Assembly (NCBI GenBank): GCA_963828735.1
Contig: CAWHFW010000005.1
Coordinates: 1,152,001-1,216,000 of the forward strand
DNA: 64,000 nucleotides
Reading direction: 5' to 3'
From: an uncultured Gemmatimonadales bacterium
GTDB lineage: Bacteria; Gemmatimonadota; Gemmatimonadetes; Gemmatimonadales; GWC2-71-9
Shown here: in pieces, positions 29,459-39,752 of the stretch
Position numbering within the stretch: position 1 is the first letter of the stretch
How the letters are laid out: the number at the start of each line of letters is the position of its first letter
Notes under the pieces: model-generated
Seen by the model: only the letters and a program-made list of their open reading frames with translations
Database searches by the model: none
Told to the model about the DNA's origin: nothing
Position numbers and translations under genes: made by a program

Positions 29459-30904
29459 TCAGAACTTGTCCGGTACCCCGTTCACCTTGAAGTCCACGCC
29501 GAGGAAGCGACCGATGTCATCGACCGCGTCCTCCTTGTGCAGCAGTTCCTGCCAGTTCGGCTGTCCAGGCTCCTTCAGGTCGTTGGAGTAGACCAGCTGG
29601 TAGTTGCCCAGGCCGTTGGCCCGATCGATGAAGATGTAGTACCGGTCTTTCCCGGTCCGGAACCGCCACACCTCGTACGGCGGTGAGCGACCGGCCTGCG
29701 GCCGCTGCAGCACATCGTCGGGCGCGCCGTTCCGGACGAAGATCCGGCCGCGGTCCGTCTTCCATCCGGGCATCGCCGCCCGGCCCTTCTCGCCGTAGGT
29801 CCGCTCCGCGTAGGCCACCGCGTCGTAGAACCGCTGGCGGGTCTCGTTGTCCGGCGTGCTGGGCACCAAGTCGCGCTTCTGCCAGAACTCGACCAGGAAG
29901 CGCCGCTTGGCGCGCAGGCTCAGGTCCTTCGTGTACTTGGACAGCTCGCCCGACTGGGCGACGAGCATCAGCGGTTCCTTCGCGGTGTCGAGCTCCTTCT
30001 CGTTCATCGCCTCGAAATAGCCTTCGTCGGTGCCCTTGGCCGCTTCGCGCCGCGCGACGTCCTTCTCCAGTGTCTCGTCGAGACCGGCCATGTTGAACAC
30101 CGCCGACCGTTCCACCGTCTTGCCGCCGATATCGAGCGCGGCATTCATCGTGTACTGGCCCGGCGGGAGGCCGCTCAGGTCGAGCTGACCCTTCAGGACC
30201 CCACCGCCCGCGGGCACCGTCACCGGCGTCGCCGGCGTCGTCGTGAGCGCCTTGCCGGCCGAATCCACCACCTTGATGGTGAGCGTGCCGTTCGTCTCCT
30301 GAGCCGAATAGGCCTCGAGGAGGTAGTACGCGGTGGCGCGGAGCGGTGTCAGCTCCAGTCGTGCCGCCGCCGTCACCAGCATGCGTCCCCACCGGAGCTC
30401 GGCCGGCAGCGGGACGGTGTCGCCGGCGGTGACGGGCCGGATCTGCGGCGACAGCAGCAGGTCCGACGCCGGGGGTGCGCTCCGATAGCCCTCGAGCTGG
30501 ACCGTCGATCCCACCTTGTGGCCCGACACGGAGTCCTCGACGTTCACCTCGAGGCTGTACCTGCCGGGCGCCAGACTGAACCGCACCATCTCGACCCCGA
30601 ACGCCGCTGGGCCTCGAACGTCGGCCGGGGCGTGGTTCTGCCAGGACTGCTGCAGCAGGGTGAGCCCCGTGGAGTCGGTCACCTTCACCCCGACCCGGTA
30701 ACTCAGGGATCCCGTGTTGCCCTCCCCCGTCGGCTCGAGTACGGCGTAGGGGACCTGGACGAACGCGTTCACTTCCGTACGGCCCTGCTCCGCGCGATAC
30801 GAGCGCACCGCGCGGAGGATGAGGCCGGCGTCGGGCGCCGGACCCTGCCCCGGACGCGCGAACGACGCCATGGCCGCGAGGGCGACCAACCGGACTGCGA
30901 TCAT
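29459..30904 (-). CDS. GWxTD domain-containing protein
   Basis: FW.KRD..P.T..NE, GWKTDRGRIFVRNGAPD, YEVW.F; signal peptide and Ig-like N-terminal domains. Confidence 0.9.
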   Translation of the reverse strand: MIAVRLVALAAMASFARPGQGPAPDAGLILRAVRSYRAEQGRTEVNAFVQVPYAVLEPTGEGNTGSLSYRVGVKVTDSTGLTLLQQSWQNHAPADVRGPAAFGVEMVRFSLAPGRYSLEVNVEDSVSGHKVGSTVQLEGYRSAPPASDLLLSPQIRPVTAGDTVPLPAELRWGRMLVTAAARLELTPLRATAYYLLEAYSAQETNGTLTIKVVDSAGKALTTTPATPVTVPAGGGVLKGQLDLSGLPPGQYTMNAALDIGGKTVERSAVFNMAGLDETLEKDVARREAAKGTDEGYFEAMNEKELDTAKEPLMLVAQSGELSKYTKDLSLRAKRRFLVEFWQKRDLVPSTPDNETRQRFYDAVAYAERTYGEKGRAAMPGWKTDRGRIFVRNGAPDDVLQRPQAGRSPPYEVWRFRTGKDRYYIFIDRANGLGNYQLVYSNDLKEPGQPNWQELLHKEDAVDDIGRFLGVDFKVNGVPDKF

Positions 30905-30945
30905 AGATCAGCTACCGCCACTTCAGAGCGAACAGGCAGGCCCGC

Positions 30946-32088
30946 CTACCACCCCAGCGAGAAGCTGAAGAAGTTGGTCGGGCCGAGGATACCGAGATAC
31001 TTGTAGGCGTAGTCCAGGCTCAGGCCGAACCCGTTCCCGTTCCCGCCGTACTGCAGGCCGCCGCCGAACGCGAGACCCTGGAGGCTCTCCTCGTCGCTGA
31101 GGGCGGTGGTCGACGTGGTCGGGGTGAGGTTGTTCGCGCCGGTATAGCTGTAGCTGCCCCGGAGCGCGAAGCCGAAGTTCGAGCCGCCGAGCTTCTGCGA
31201 CTGCCACTCGCTGCCGAAGGCGAAGCCAGGCTTGTTGTTGTTCGGCTGGTTGAAGTCGCCGAGCATCGTGAGCCGGTTGCTCTCGCCCGTGATGATGTCG
31301 TAGGCCAGCCCGACCCGGAACGTCGTGGGGAGCGGGAAGTCCTTGGTCAGCAGGTTGGCCTGCTGCGGCAGCGTCGGAACGGGATCCTCACCCGGCAGCG
31401 GGTCGCGCTGCACGTCGCCGGCGAGGCCGGTGCCCGAGTAGGTCAGGTTCGAGCCCAGGTTCGCGAGCACGAACGAGAACTTCACGGGGTGGTTGTTCAG
31501 CGACGCGTGGAAGTTGGTGCCGAAGTCCACGGCGAACGCGTTGCCGCTCACCGTGCCGAGCCGGTCATCGACGTACTTGGCGGTGATACCCGCCGAGAAC
31601 CGGTCGGAGAAGTTCTGGGCGAACGTCGCGCCCACGAACGTCTGGTTGACGGAGTACGTGCCGCCCGTGCCGTCCGGCTGGTCCTCGGTGTAGATCGGCT
31701 GGTCCTTGAACCCGAAGGTTCCGAGCTGGAAGCCGAGCGTCCGGGAGCCGCCGGAGAACGGGAAGGCCACGCCGGCCCACGAGTACCGGGTGTTGGCGAC
31801 GTAGTCGTAGGTTCCCAGCATTACGCCCGGCCGGTCCAGCATGGCCACGCCCGCGGGATTGTAGTAGAGCGCGCTGACGTCGGTAGCGATCGCGGCGAAC
31901 GATCCGCCGAGTGCCGTGCCCCGGGCGCCCGCGCCGAGAAGGAGGAACTCCGCCGCGGTCGTGCCGTAGGCGGTGTTGTCTTCCTGCCCGACTGGCTGTC
32001 CCGTCTCGTTCTGCGCGGCCGCGACGGCCGGAAACGCATTCAGCAGTCCGAAGGCAAGCAGCCACCCAGGTGCGGTGAGCTTCGTCAT
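30946..32088 (-). CDS. PorV/PorQ family outer-membrane beta-barrel
   Basis: GTTAAEFL.LG.GARG.ALG, D.SALYYNPAG, FAVDFG, LPTTFRVG, DYAY; C-terminal aromatic residue (FSLGW). Confidence 0.88.
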   Translation of the reverse strand: MTKLTAPGWLLAFGLLNAFPAVAAAQNETGQPVGQEDNTAYGTTAAEFLLLGAGARGTALGGSFAAIATDVSALYYNPAGVAMLDRPGVMLGTYDYVANTRYSWAGVAFPFSGGSRTLGFQLGTFGFKDQPIYTEDQPDGTGGTYSVNQTFVGATFAQNFSDRFSAGITAKYVDDRLGTVSGNAFAVDFGTNFHASLNNHPVKFSFVLANLGSNLTYSGTGLAGDVQRDPLPGEDPVPTLPQQANLLTKDFPLPTTFRVGLAYDIITGESNRLTMLGDFNQPNNNKPGFAFGSEWQSQKLGGSNFGFALRGSYSYTGANNLTPTTSTTALSDEESLQGLAFGGGLQYGGNGNGFGLSLDYAYKYLGILGPTNFFSFSLGW

Positions 32089-32109
32089 GTTGTCATTCTC
32101 CTGAAGGTT

Positions 32110-32133
32110 GGGGCGGGTCCGAGGACCCGCCCC
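32110..32133 (-). other. Intra-operon stem-loop
   Basis: GGGGCGGGTCC-ga-GGACCCGCCCC with no U tract, between the cargo gene and the PorV-like gene. Confidence 0.5.
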
Positions 32134-32145
32134 CGTCGGGGCCCC

Positions 32146-35100
32146 TTACTGGGCGAAGTTCACGACCGTGAAGCGGCCCACTCTCCGGGCGCTACCGGCT
32201 TCGATGTGATAGAAGTACACACCGCTTGCGACCACCTGGTTGTTGCGGTTCCTGAGGTCCCAGTTGACCTCGCTCCCCTGCGAGTTGCTGGTTGAGCTGT
32301 ACTGGCCGCCATGGTGCTCGAGCATACGCACCAGGACGCCGCTCGCCGAGTAGATCCTGATGATCGCATCCTGCGGGAGCCCGACGAATTTCAATACCTT
32401 CTGATCGGTGCTCGACTCGAACGCGCTCTTCACGTAGTACGGGTCGGGCACGGTGTGCACGTGGCTGAGATCGTCATCCGTGGCTTCGGCAACGACGCTG
32501 CTCACGCCGAACTCGAGCGCCGCCGTGGCGCCGATGGCGGTGAAGGGACGGGTGCCTGCCGGGGTGAAGGTGAAGCTGCCAGGGGTGCCCAGGATCTCTC
32601 CGACGTACGACCGGAGTGCCCAGACCGTTCCCTGCGCCGGCAGGGCGGGCATGCTCATCACGAACTGGTCGCCCGCGAGGTAGAAAATGAACCCGCCATC
32701 GGCCGCTGGAGCGATCGTGGCCGCCTCGGCCAGCGAGGTCTTGAAGAACGCCACGCTCCCGAGCTGGGCGGTGTTGCTCAGCGCGACCGGCGTGCCGGCG
32801 CACTGGATGCGAACGGATGGCTCGGTGACGCCGCCACTCGCCCACGGCTCGACGCATGCCATGTCGGTCGCGGTGAGGACCGTCGGCCGCGCGTCCTGCA
32901 CGCTGTTGGCACCCGCGGCCGTGTTCAGGATGCCGAACCCGCCGCCCATGTAGGGCTGGAACGGCACGGGCACGTTGTGCGTGATGTCGATGACCGAGTC
33001 GACCAGGCCGCCGACGCCCCAGTACACGTTGAAGTCCGCGGCACGCCGAACGGTCGGCAGGACCCAGTCCATGTTGCGGTACTCACCATTCAGCTGGATG
33101 TACGGCAGGATCTGCTGAATCGTCGTGACGCCCGTGAGCTGGCCCGCGTTGTTGTAGTTCGTGACGTCGCACTCGGCCGGATTGTGCGGCGTTGCGCTGC
33201 CACCACCGGTGCTGAAGGCGGCCGGCAGACAGTTGCCGCCGTTCGGGTCGTCCTTCGTTTCGTTCGTGACGGGCGAAGGCCCGTCGAACCAGCGCGACCC
33301 GTTGTGGAAGCAGTCGGCGCCGGCGCCGAAGTCGCTGAACCGGCATCCCATGCCCCACCCGCCCAACTCGCTCCCGGTGGGCGCCTTGACGGTGCCCTGG
33401 CCCTGGAGCTTGAACGGCGGGCTGCCCTCGAACCTGGCAGCGGTCGCCGGATCGACGGTCAGCGCTTCGAAGAAGACGCTGGTCGACTCGATCGTCCCTG
33501 CCGCGGCTGCGCTGCCCGCGTACAGAGTCTGGGAGAACGGGATGTTCGTCTTGAAGCTGTCCACGCCGTTGTTCAGGGTCACGTAATACTGCGTCGGGAT
33601 CGTGGGACCGACCGCAGCGCCGTAGAGCGCCGTCGCGTCGTACTGGCCCATATGCAGACTGTCGAGCCGCATCGTGAGCGCGCCGCTCTGGGTCGGCTGG
33701 ATGACCGAGGAAGCGAACTCGCCGACGAAGCCCACCACCCCACCATCAGCCGCCTGGAACGGGCCGCTGAACTTGCCGGTGGTGGCGTCGATCGATGGCG
33801 CCGAGCTGATGGCGGTGTCCATGGCCACCCCGCGCCCGATCACGTGGGTCACGAGGTTGCTCGCGATCTGCTGGTTCGACTCGGCCGGCACCGGGGTCAC
33901 GGCCTTCGTGGCCCGGTTGGACTCGAGGCTCGAGAGACCCGAGACCAGGGAGTTCACGTCGAACGCGACCACCGAGTAGAAGTACCGCAGGCTGTTCCGG
34001 ACGTTCCGGTCGATGAAGATGAACGGCACGCCGGTGTTGGCCAGGTCGGTCGAGACGCCCTGCGCGATGCGCCCCTTCGAGACGTCCGCGAACGCGGTGT
34101 CCAGGGTACCCGGCAGGATCTGCGCCTTGCCGTCCGCGAGCAGCACGCGGTTGCCCGGGGTGACCTGGGTGATGGTGCCGACAATATCGATGTCCGCGTT
34201 GCCGACGAACGGGCTGCCCGGCGCCGGCGTGGAGTACACGATCCCCGCGCAGTCGAGCGTGACACCCAGCTCGGGCGCGCAGGTCGCCGTCGGATTGACC
34301 AGGGCACGGAAGTCCTTGAAGATGCCCTTCCCGGTGGCCGGATCAGGCGCATAGTCGAATTGCGCGACCAGCTGCAGCTCGGTCGGGCTGCTGGTCCGGC
34401 CGCGGTAGATCCGGTAGCCCTCGACGTCGTTGCCGCGGAAGTTCGGGTCGTACAGCGGATTCGGGTTGCCGTCCTTCGTGGGCTCGCTGGCCACCTGGAA
34501 GAACGGATCAGGCGTCGTCTCCGTGGCCGAGGCGGCCCAGAGGACGGTGACCTGGTTGTTGCCCGGGACCAGGAAGAACTCGGGGCGCTCCGGCGCGAAC
34601 GGGAGCAGGAACTTCCCGTCGAACACCGCCTGCGCCACGGTGGCCTTGCCCAGCAGGGAGCCCGGCTGGGTCACGAACTCGGCCTGGCTGACCTTGGTGG
34701 GGTCGGTGTCGGTCGGGCCACCGTTGTTGAAGCCGATGTAGCCGGTCATCTGATCGATCTGGTTGACACCGGTCGCCATCCGGGCAGGATCCCCAAGAAT
34801 GGTCAGGTCGCCATTCGAGGTGGCGGGCTTCACGTCGCACGCGGCGCCGGGGCAGCCACCCGCCGAGACAGGCGCGGCGAAGATGTACGCCACCACGATC
34901 GTGCCCGAGCCGCCGGGCGCGAGGTTGAGCGGACCGGAGGACTCGAAGAACCGCATGTCCGCCGCGCTGCCGATGTTGACGAAGCAGATCTTGGAGACGA
35001 GCGGGTCGGCCAGCGAGCAGGCGCCGTCGGTCGGCAGCAGGCCGCCCGTGATGTACCGGTAGAGCTGCCTGTCGTCGTTCGGGTCCTGCAGCGAGCCGGA

Positions 35101-36231
35101 CGACCGGGAGAACGTGCCGAACAGCGACAGGCCGACCTCGTTGCCCAGACTATCCACGGGGCTGCGAAGGTACTTCACGCCCACGAAGCCCACGCCGTTG
35201 AAGAACGGCGCCGAGCCGAAGATGGCCGGGTCGAACGTCCAGCCGATGCTCCGGGCCGTCGCCTCGCTGAACGTGTGCTCGTAGGTGTAACCCATCGCGA
35301 ACGGCACGTTGACACTGGCGTAGTTCGCGTCGGCCTGGGCCACGTCCATGTCCGCCACGAACGCGGCGAACAAGTTGTTGATGGTGTAGCCGCCGGCCGG
35401 GAGGTTGATCCCGTACTTGGCGGTGTTGAGCGCCTGGAAGTCCGCGGCCTTCTGCAGCAGCACCTCGCGCATGGCCGGGCGGATCGCCGCGTAGTCGGCC
35501 GCGTTGGTGCTGGTGATGTTGTAGAAGGTGTAGACGAAGTAGATGATGTCCTGGTTGCCGCTGGGGAAGTTCCAGCCGAGCGCCCGGGTCTCGACCGCGA
35601 TGCCGAGCGGGTGGGCGCGGCTCTCGAGGCGGGCCGGATTGCCCTCCCAGCTCACGAACCAGAGGTCGCCCTGGGACGCGGCGATGCCACCCTGCAGCGC
35701 CGGGTCGAACAGGTCGCCCTGCGGGTCACTGCCCAGCGCCAGGTCGACACATGGCGTGGCCGTGGAGCCGACCGCGCACGGCACGCGCGCGACGTCGGGC
35801 CAGTTGGCCGCGTCGGTCGCGTCGGCGGATGCGAAGATCGGCCGGACCTCTTCGCCGTTGTCGCCGCCGGCCGTGTTGTTGAAGAACGCGCCCGCGGTGT
35901 CACCCGCGAACCCGTTCACCGACTTGTCGCCGGGTTCGATGACGCCGGCGATGTTGATGCCGGAGCCGAAGACGTATTGGTCAGCGGTGCCGCGGGGCCA
36001 GATGCCGCCGCCGACCGTCGACGAGCCCGTGGCGCAGATCTGGCCGGACGAGAACACCCGGCACTGCACCCGGTTCGGCGTGAAGACGTTCTGGGCACTC
36101 GAAAAGAGCCGGAACCCGCCGGGCTTCGAGGGCCGCGGCTTGGCGACCGCCGTCGAGGCGACCGTGGCGCCCAGCGCCAGGGCCGCGACGACTGCCCGCA
36201 AGACTACGCGCTGACAACGCGAGAAACGCAT
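32146..36231 (-). CDS. Large secreted protein with split FN3-like domain and T9SS-type C-terminal domain
   Basis: Signal peptide; VTVLW...VEGYRIYRG...D.NV.N..RYFYSVVAFD; C-terminus VHTVPDPY...F.GLP...IRIYS.SG.LVR...WDLRN...VASGVYFYHIE. Confidence 0.8.
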   Translation of the reverse strand: MRFSRCQRVVLRAVVAALALGATVASTAVAKPRPSKPGGFRLFSSAQNVFTPNRVQCRVFSSGQICATGSSTVGGGIWPRGTADQYVFGSGINIAGVIEPGDKSVNGFAGDTAGAFFNNTAGGDNGEEVRPIFASADATDAANWPDVARVPCAVGSTATPCVDLALGSDPQGDLFDPALQGGIAASQGDLWFVSWEGNPARLESRAHPLGIAVETRALGWNFPSGNQDIIYFVYTFYNITSTNAADYAAIRPAMREVLLQKAADFQALNTAKYGINLPAGGYTINNLFAAFVADMDVAQADANYASVNVPFAMGYTYEHTFSEATARSIGWTFDPAIFGSAPFFNGVGFVGVKYLRSPVDSLGNEVGLSLFGTFSRSSGSLQDPNDDRQLYRYITGGLLPTDGACSLADPLVSKICFVNIGSAADMRFFESSGPLNLAPGGSGTIVVAYIFAAPVSAGGCPGAACDVKPATSNGDLTILGDPARMATGVNQIDQMTGYIGFNNGGPTDTDPTKVSQAEFVTQPGSLLGKATVAQAVFDGKFLLPFAPERPEFFLVPGNNQVTVLWAASATETTPDPFFQVASEPTKDGNPNPLYDPNFRGNDVEGYRIYRGRTSSPTELQLVAQFDYAPDPATGKGIFKDFRALVNPTATCAPELGVTLDCAGIVYSTPAPGSPFVGNADIDIVGTITQVTPGNRVLLADGKAQILPGTLDTAFADVSKGRIAQGVSTDLANTGVPFIFIDRNVRNSLRYFYSVVAFDVNSLVSGLSSLESNRATKAVTPVPAESNQQIASNLVTHVIGRGVAMDTAISSAPSIDATTGKFSGPFQAADGGVVGFVGEFASSVIQPTQSGALTMRLDSLHMGQYDATALYGAAVGPTIPTQYYVTLNNGVDSFKTNIPFSQTLYAGSAAAAGTIESTSVFFEALTVDPATAARFEGSPPFKLQGQGTVKAPTGSELGGWGMGCRFSDFGAGADCFHNGSRWFDGPSPVTNETKDDPNGGNCLPAAFSTGGGSATPHNPAECDVTNYNNAGQLTGVTTIQQILPYIQLNGEYRNMDWVLPTVRRAADFNVYWGVGGLVDSVIDITHNVPVPFQPYMGGGFGILNTAAGANSVQDARPTVLTATDMACVEPWASGGVTEPSVRIQCAGTPVALSNTAQLGSVAFFKTSLAEAATIAPAADGGFIFYLAGDQFVMSMPALPAQGTVWALRSYVGEILGTPGSFTFTPAGTRPFTAIGATAALEFGVSSVVAEATDDDLSHVHTVPDPYYVKSAFESSTDQKVLKFVGLPQDAIIRIYSASGVLVRMLEHHGGQYSSTSNSQGSEVNWDLRNRNNQVVASGVYFYHIEAGSARRVGRFTVVNFAQ

Positions 36232-36320
36232 CCCGTCCTCCTTAGAGAGATACACAGCCCCCTCGCCTGCCGCGGGCCGGCCGAATCCGGCCGACCCGCA
36301 GCATGCTCGGGGTGTTTACA

Positions 36321-39300
36321 TCAGAAGTTGATCTCGAAGCCCAGGCGGGCCCGGCGCGGGGCGCCGTACTGCTCCTGCGTGCCGCGGCCGACGTCGTACA
36401 GCGCATTGATCGCGCTCGTCTGCTCCTCGAGCGTGTAGACGTGGTCGCCGTTGCCATAGCGCTCTTCGGCGCGGATCAGGTAGACACAGTTGGCGGCAGC
36501 CGGATCGTTCTTGCTGCTCACCCAGGTGTTGCAGCTCGCGCGCGGATCCGCCGCCCCACCGAAGGTGAGGTCGAGCGCTCCGTCGGGCCCGACCGCATTG
36601 TTGTTGTCGCGCTCGGAGGCCAGGTCGTCCAGATCGGCCTTCAGGTTCTCGGCGCGCTCGTTGTCGTTCCGCACGTCGCCGTTCACCGCGAAGACCTGGA
36701 GCACGTTCTTGAAGTTCAGCATGTTCCGGACGTCGAGATAGCCCGTCAGGTCCAGCTTACCCAGCGAGAAGCCCTTGGTGAACTTCGCGTTGAGCTCCTT
36801 GAGGGCCGGAAGCCGCTGCGTGTTGATGCCCTCGGGGAACAGGCGCACGCAGTTCTCGATGGACATGATGCTCTGCTCTTCGGCGCTCTCGCCGCACTTG
36901 GTGTACGCGGTGCCGCTGGTGTAGCGGAACGTCGCGAACACGCTGGTGTTCTGGAAGATCGTGCCGGAGACGGTGCCCTTGTTCCAGTCGTCCGGCATGG
37001 TGACCGAGAACGCGGTCGCCAGCGTGTGCGGCCGGCTGTTGTCGGTGGGCAGGATGCCCTGCGGCGGCGGCTGGGCGCCGTTGTTGCCACCGACCTGGTT
37101 CACGATGCGCGACCCGTAGTTCACGTAGGTGAACGGATCGGAACCGGTGTTCTTGGCCTGCTGGAACGAGTAGCTGAACGTGCCGTTGAAGTAGTTGCCG
37201 AAACGGCGGTCGAGGCGGACGTCGAGACCGCGGACGTTCCCGAAGTCCAGGTTCGTCAGGATGCGGAAGTCGTTGTCGCGCCTGAGGGCCGGGTCGTACA
37301 GGGTGACCAGGCGGGCCGCCGGATCGGACACGATGTCCTTGTTGTACGCCGCGACGTCGAGCACCATGTCGTCGCTGAACGCGTGCCGGATGCCGAACTC
37401 GAAGGTGATCGTCTTGCCGAAGTCGAGGTCCGACCCGAACACCTGGTTGGTGTTGGTGTTGCCCAGGTCGGTGTTGATGCCGCCGAGGAGCAGCGCGAAG
37501 TCAGGCGTCTGCACCTGGTGGGCGTACGACAGACGGAAGTTCGTCTTGTCGGTCACCGGGAACGACACCTGGACGTGCGGGCTCAGGTAGTCGTGGTGCT
37601 TGTCCTTCACGAAGATCGACGTCGGATTGGTCTGGTCGAACCCGGGCATGCTCGAGACGCGCGGGAACGCATAGGTGTTGCCCAGCGTGTCCGTCGCGAA
37701 CGGGCGGGAGGCACGGGTGTCGTAGTAGTCGTACCGCAGGCCGCCCACCACGACCACGTCACCCAGGTCGAGGCGGTCTTCCACGTAGCCGTTCCACCGG
37801 ATCGGCTTCTCGCGATACGCGTCCGAGAAGAACTTGTCCTGGAGGCGGAACGTGTAGTTGTCGATGTGGTACTGGGTGAACTCGGCGCCGATGTTGAGGC
37901 GGTTGTACCGGTCGGCCTGCCAGTCGAGCTTGGCCTTGCCGATGTACCGGTCTTCCTTGTACAGGCTGAGCCGGGTGGGGAAGCCGTTGCCGTTGGCCGG
38001 GCCGCCGCCCTCGCCGAAGGTCCAGGTGGCGCCGTCCAGCGTGTTGGCGAAGTTCTGGTACTGGCCGTACAGGCCGTAGGCGTTGTTCCGGGTCACATCG
38101 AGGATGTTGTAGATGCCGCCGTTGTTGGCGTCGAACGGCGTGATCCGGCCCTGGTTGACCCGGACGTTGTTGATCAGCTCGTCGGTGATCGGGAACTTGT
38201 CGAAATCGAACAGGAACTTCATCGGCGACATGATGAAGCCGCCGAACGGATCACGCGTGGAGAGATCGCTCTCGGTCGTGAGCGGGCTGTTGATCGTCCG
38301 GTCCTGCTGGTACGACAGCGCCACGTCGAGGGCCAGCGCCCGCTCGCTGCTCTTGCTCAGGTTCTGGGTCCAGTTCAGCGTCGCGAAGTAGTTCCGGTTG
38401 GAGAACCCGCGATCGGATGACGGGAGCGAGATGTTGTTGATGTACGAGATGATGAACGGGAAGGTGTGGCCCTGGTTCCGGCTGGTGGCCAGACTGAGCG
38501 AGAGTCGCGAGCCCGTGCCGTAGGTGTAGTTCAGCTTGCCCGACGCCGTGTAGAGCGTCGAGGCGGTCGCCGGAAGGCGGACGCCGTTGCAGTCCAGCCC
38601 GAAGTTGTTCCGGATCTGGTTGATGTACCCGGCGTCGGCGCCGTTCACGCCGTCGGCGCCCGCGTTCTGGAAGGCGTCGCACTTGCCGCGCGAGATCGCA
38701 TAGTTGTAGATCGGCACCTGGGTCGAGTCGGCGGTAGCCGATTCGTCTTCCGGGGTGGCCGGATCATCCAGCGCGCTGAGCTGAGTGATCGTCGTGTCGA
38801 TGCCCGCCGGCAGGAAGATCGGCACGTTCTCGCTGCCGAAGCCTTCCTCCGCGGCCTTGTGGCCCTCGAGCGTGCCGCTCAACGCGAAGGTGAGGCGACC
38901 CGCCAGCGGCCCGCTGAAGGCGCCTTCGAACCGGTTGAACCCGACCGAGTGGTTCACGCCGAACGGCTCGTCCGTCGAATAGGAGAACGACCCGTTGTAA
39001 TCGCTCCCGCCGGTCTTGGTGACGTAGTTGATGATACCGGACTTGGCGTTGCCGAACTCGGCGGAGGAGGAACCGGTGGTGACGGAGGCTTCTTCGAAGG
39101 CGTTGGTGCCGATCTCGAGCGCCGTGCCGGCGGAGCCCGCGAATCGATCGCCGCGGTAGCCGGCCTGGACCGGGACGCCGTCGACGTACGTGGCGGCTTC
39201 GTTGTTGCGGCCGCCGCGGATCGAGAGCTTCCCGGCGTTGTCCGCGGTGACGCCCGGCTGGAGCTTGAGGACGTCGTTGATCCGGTCGACCGGGAGCGCG

Positions 39301-39752
39301 TCGGCGAACTGGCCGTCTACCCGCTGCTTGGTCGTGACCTCGTCACGCGGCACGAGCGGCTGCGTCTCCGTGACGACGGTGATCTCCTGGATCTGCACGG
39401 CCGTCTGCTCGAGCTGCACGTCCACCGTGATCGTCTGGCCGGCGAGCACCTTCACGCCTTCGACCTGGGTCGACTTGTAGCCGATGAAGTTGGCGCGCAC
39501 CACCACCGATCCGGCGGGGATGTTGTTGATGAAGTAGTAGCCCTGCGGGTTGGTCAGGGCGTTGAACGCCGTCCCAACCACGAACACCTGGGCGTTGGCA
39601 ATGGGCGCGCCCGCTTGGTCGCGCACCCTGCCTTCGATCTTACCAGTCGAGCCTTGGGCGAGGAGCGAGCTTGCTCCCAGGCCCAGCGCGACTGCCGCGC
39701 ACGCGATGACCCGCGCAACGCGTACGAAGGCGCTGACACGGCAATGCTTCAT
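36321..39752 (-). CDS. TonB-dependent receptor with N-terminal carboxypeptidase-regulatory-like domain
   Basis: GKIEGRVRD..G.P, plug motif L.IRGGR..E...YVDGVPV, LSPHVQVSFP, C-terminal RARLGFEINF; GGAGG SD before ATG 39752. Confidence 0.92.
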   Translation of the reverse strand: MKHCRVSAFVRVARVIACAAVALGLGASSLLAQGSTGKIEGRVRDQAGAPIANAQVFVVGTAFNALTNPQGYYFINNIPAGSVVVRANFIGYKSTQVEGVKVLAGQTITVDVQLEQTAVQIQEITVVTETQPLVPRDEVTTKQRVDGQFADALPVDRINDVLKLQPGVTADNAGKLSIRGGRNNEAATYVDGVPVQAGYRGDRFAGSAGTALEIGTNAFEEASVTTGSSSAEFGNAKSGIINYVTKTGGSDYNGSFSYSTDEPFGVNHSVGFNRFEGAFSGPLAGRLTFALSGTLEGHKAAEEGFGSENVPIFLPAGIDTTITQLSALDDPATPEDESATADSTQVPIYNYAISRGKCDAFQNAGADGVNGADAGYINQIRNNFGLDCNGVRLPATASTLYTASGKLNYTYGTGSRLSLSLATSRNQGHTFPFIISYINNISLPSSDRGFSNRNYFATLNWTQNLSKSSERALALDVALSYQQDRTINSPLTTESDLSTRDPFGGFIMSPMKFLFDFDKFPITDELINNVRVNQGRITPFDANNGGIYNILDVTRNNAYGLYGQYQNFANTLDGATWTFGEGGGPANGNGFPTRLSLYKEDRYIGKAKLDWQADRYNRLNIGAEFTQYHIDNYTFRLQDKFFSDAYREKPIRWNGYVEDRLDLGDVVVVGGLRYDYYDTRASRPFATDTLGNTYAFPRVSSMPGFDQTNPTSIFVKDKHHDYLSPHVQVSFPVTDKTNFRLSYAHQVQTPDFALLLGGINTDLGNTNTNQVFGSDLDFGKTITFEFGIRHAFSDDMVLDVAAYNKDIVSDPAARLVTLYDPALRRDNDFRILTNLDFGNVRGLDVRLDRRFGNYFNGTFSYSFQQAKNTGSDPFTYVNYGSRIVNQVGGNNGAQPPPQGILPTDNSRPHTLATAFSVTMPDDWNKGTVSGTIFQNTSVFATFRYTSGTAYTKCGESAEEQSIMSIENCVRLFPEGINTQRLPALKELNAKFTKGFSLGKLDLTGYLDVRNMLNFKNVLQVFAVNGDVRNDNERAENLKADLDDLASERDNNNAVGPDGALDLTFGGAADPRASCNTWVSSKNDPAAANCVYLIRAEERYGNGDHVYTLEEQTSAINALYDVGRGTQEQYGAPRRARLGFEINF

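Noticed and set aside
32311..36438. 1375-aa plus-strand ORF, and similar long ORFs at 4031-6196, 10598-12949, 13115-15082, 36303-38420 and 46680-49022
   Set aside because: Antisense shadows of well-supported genes. High GC3 suppresses stops on the opposite strand, and the translations have no recognisable motifs.
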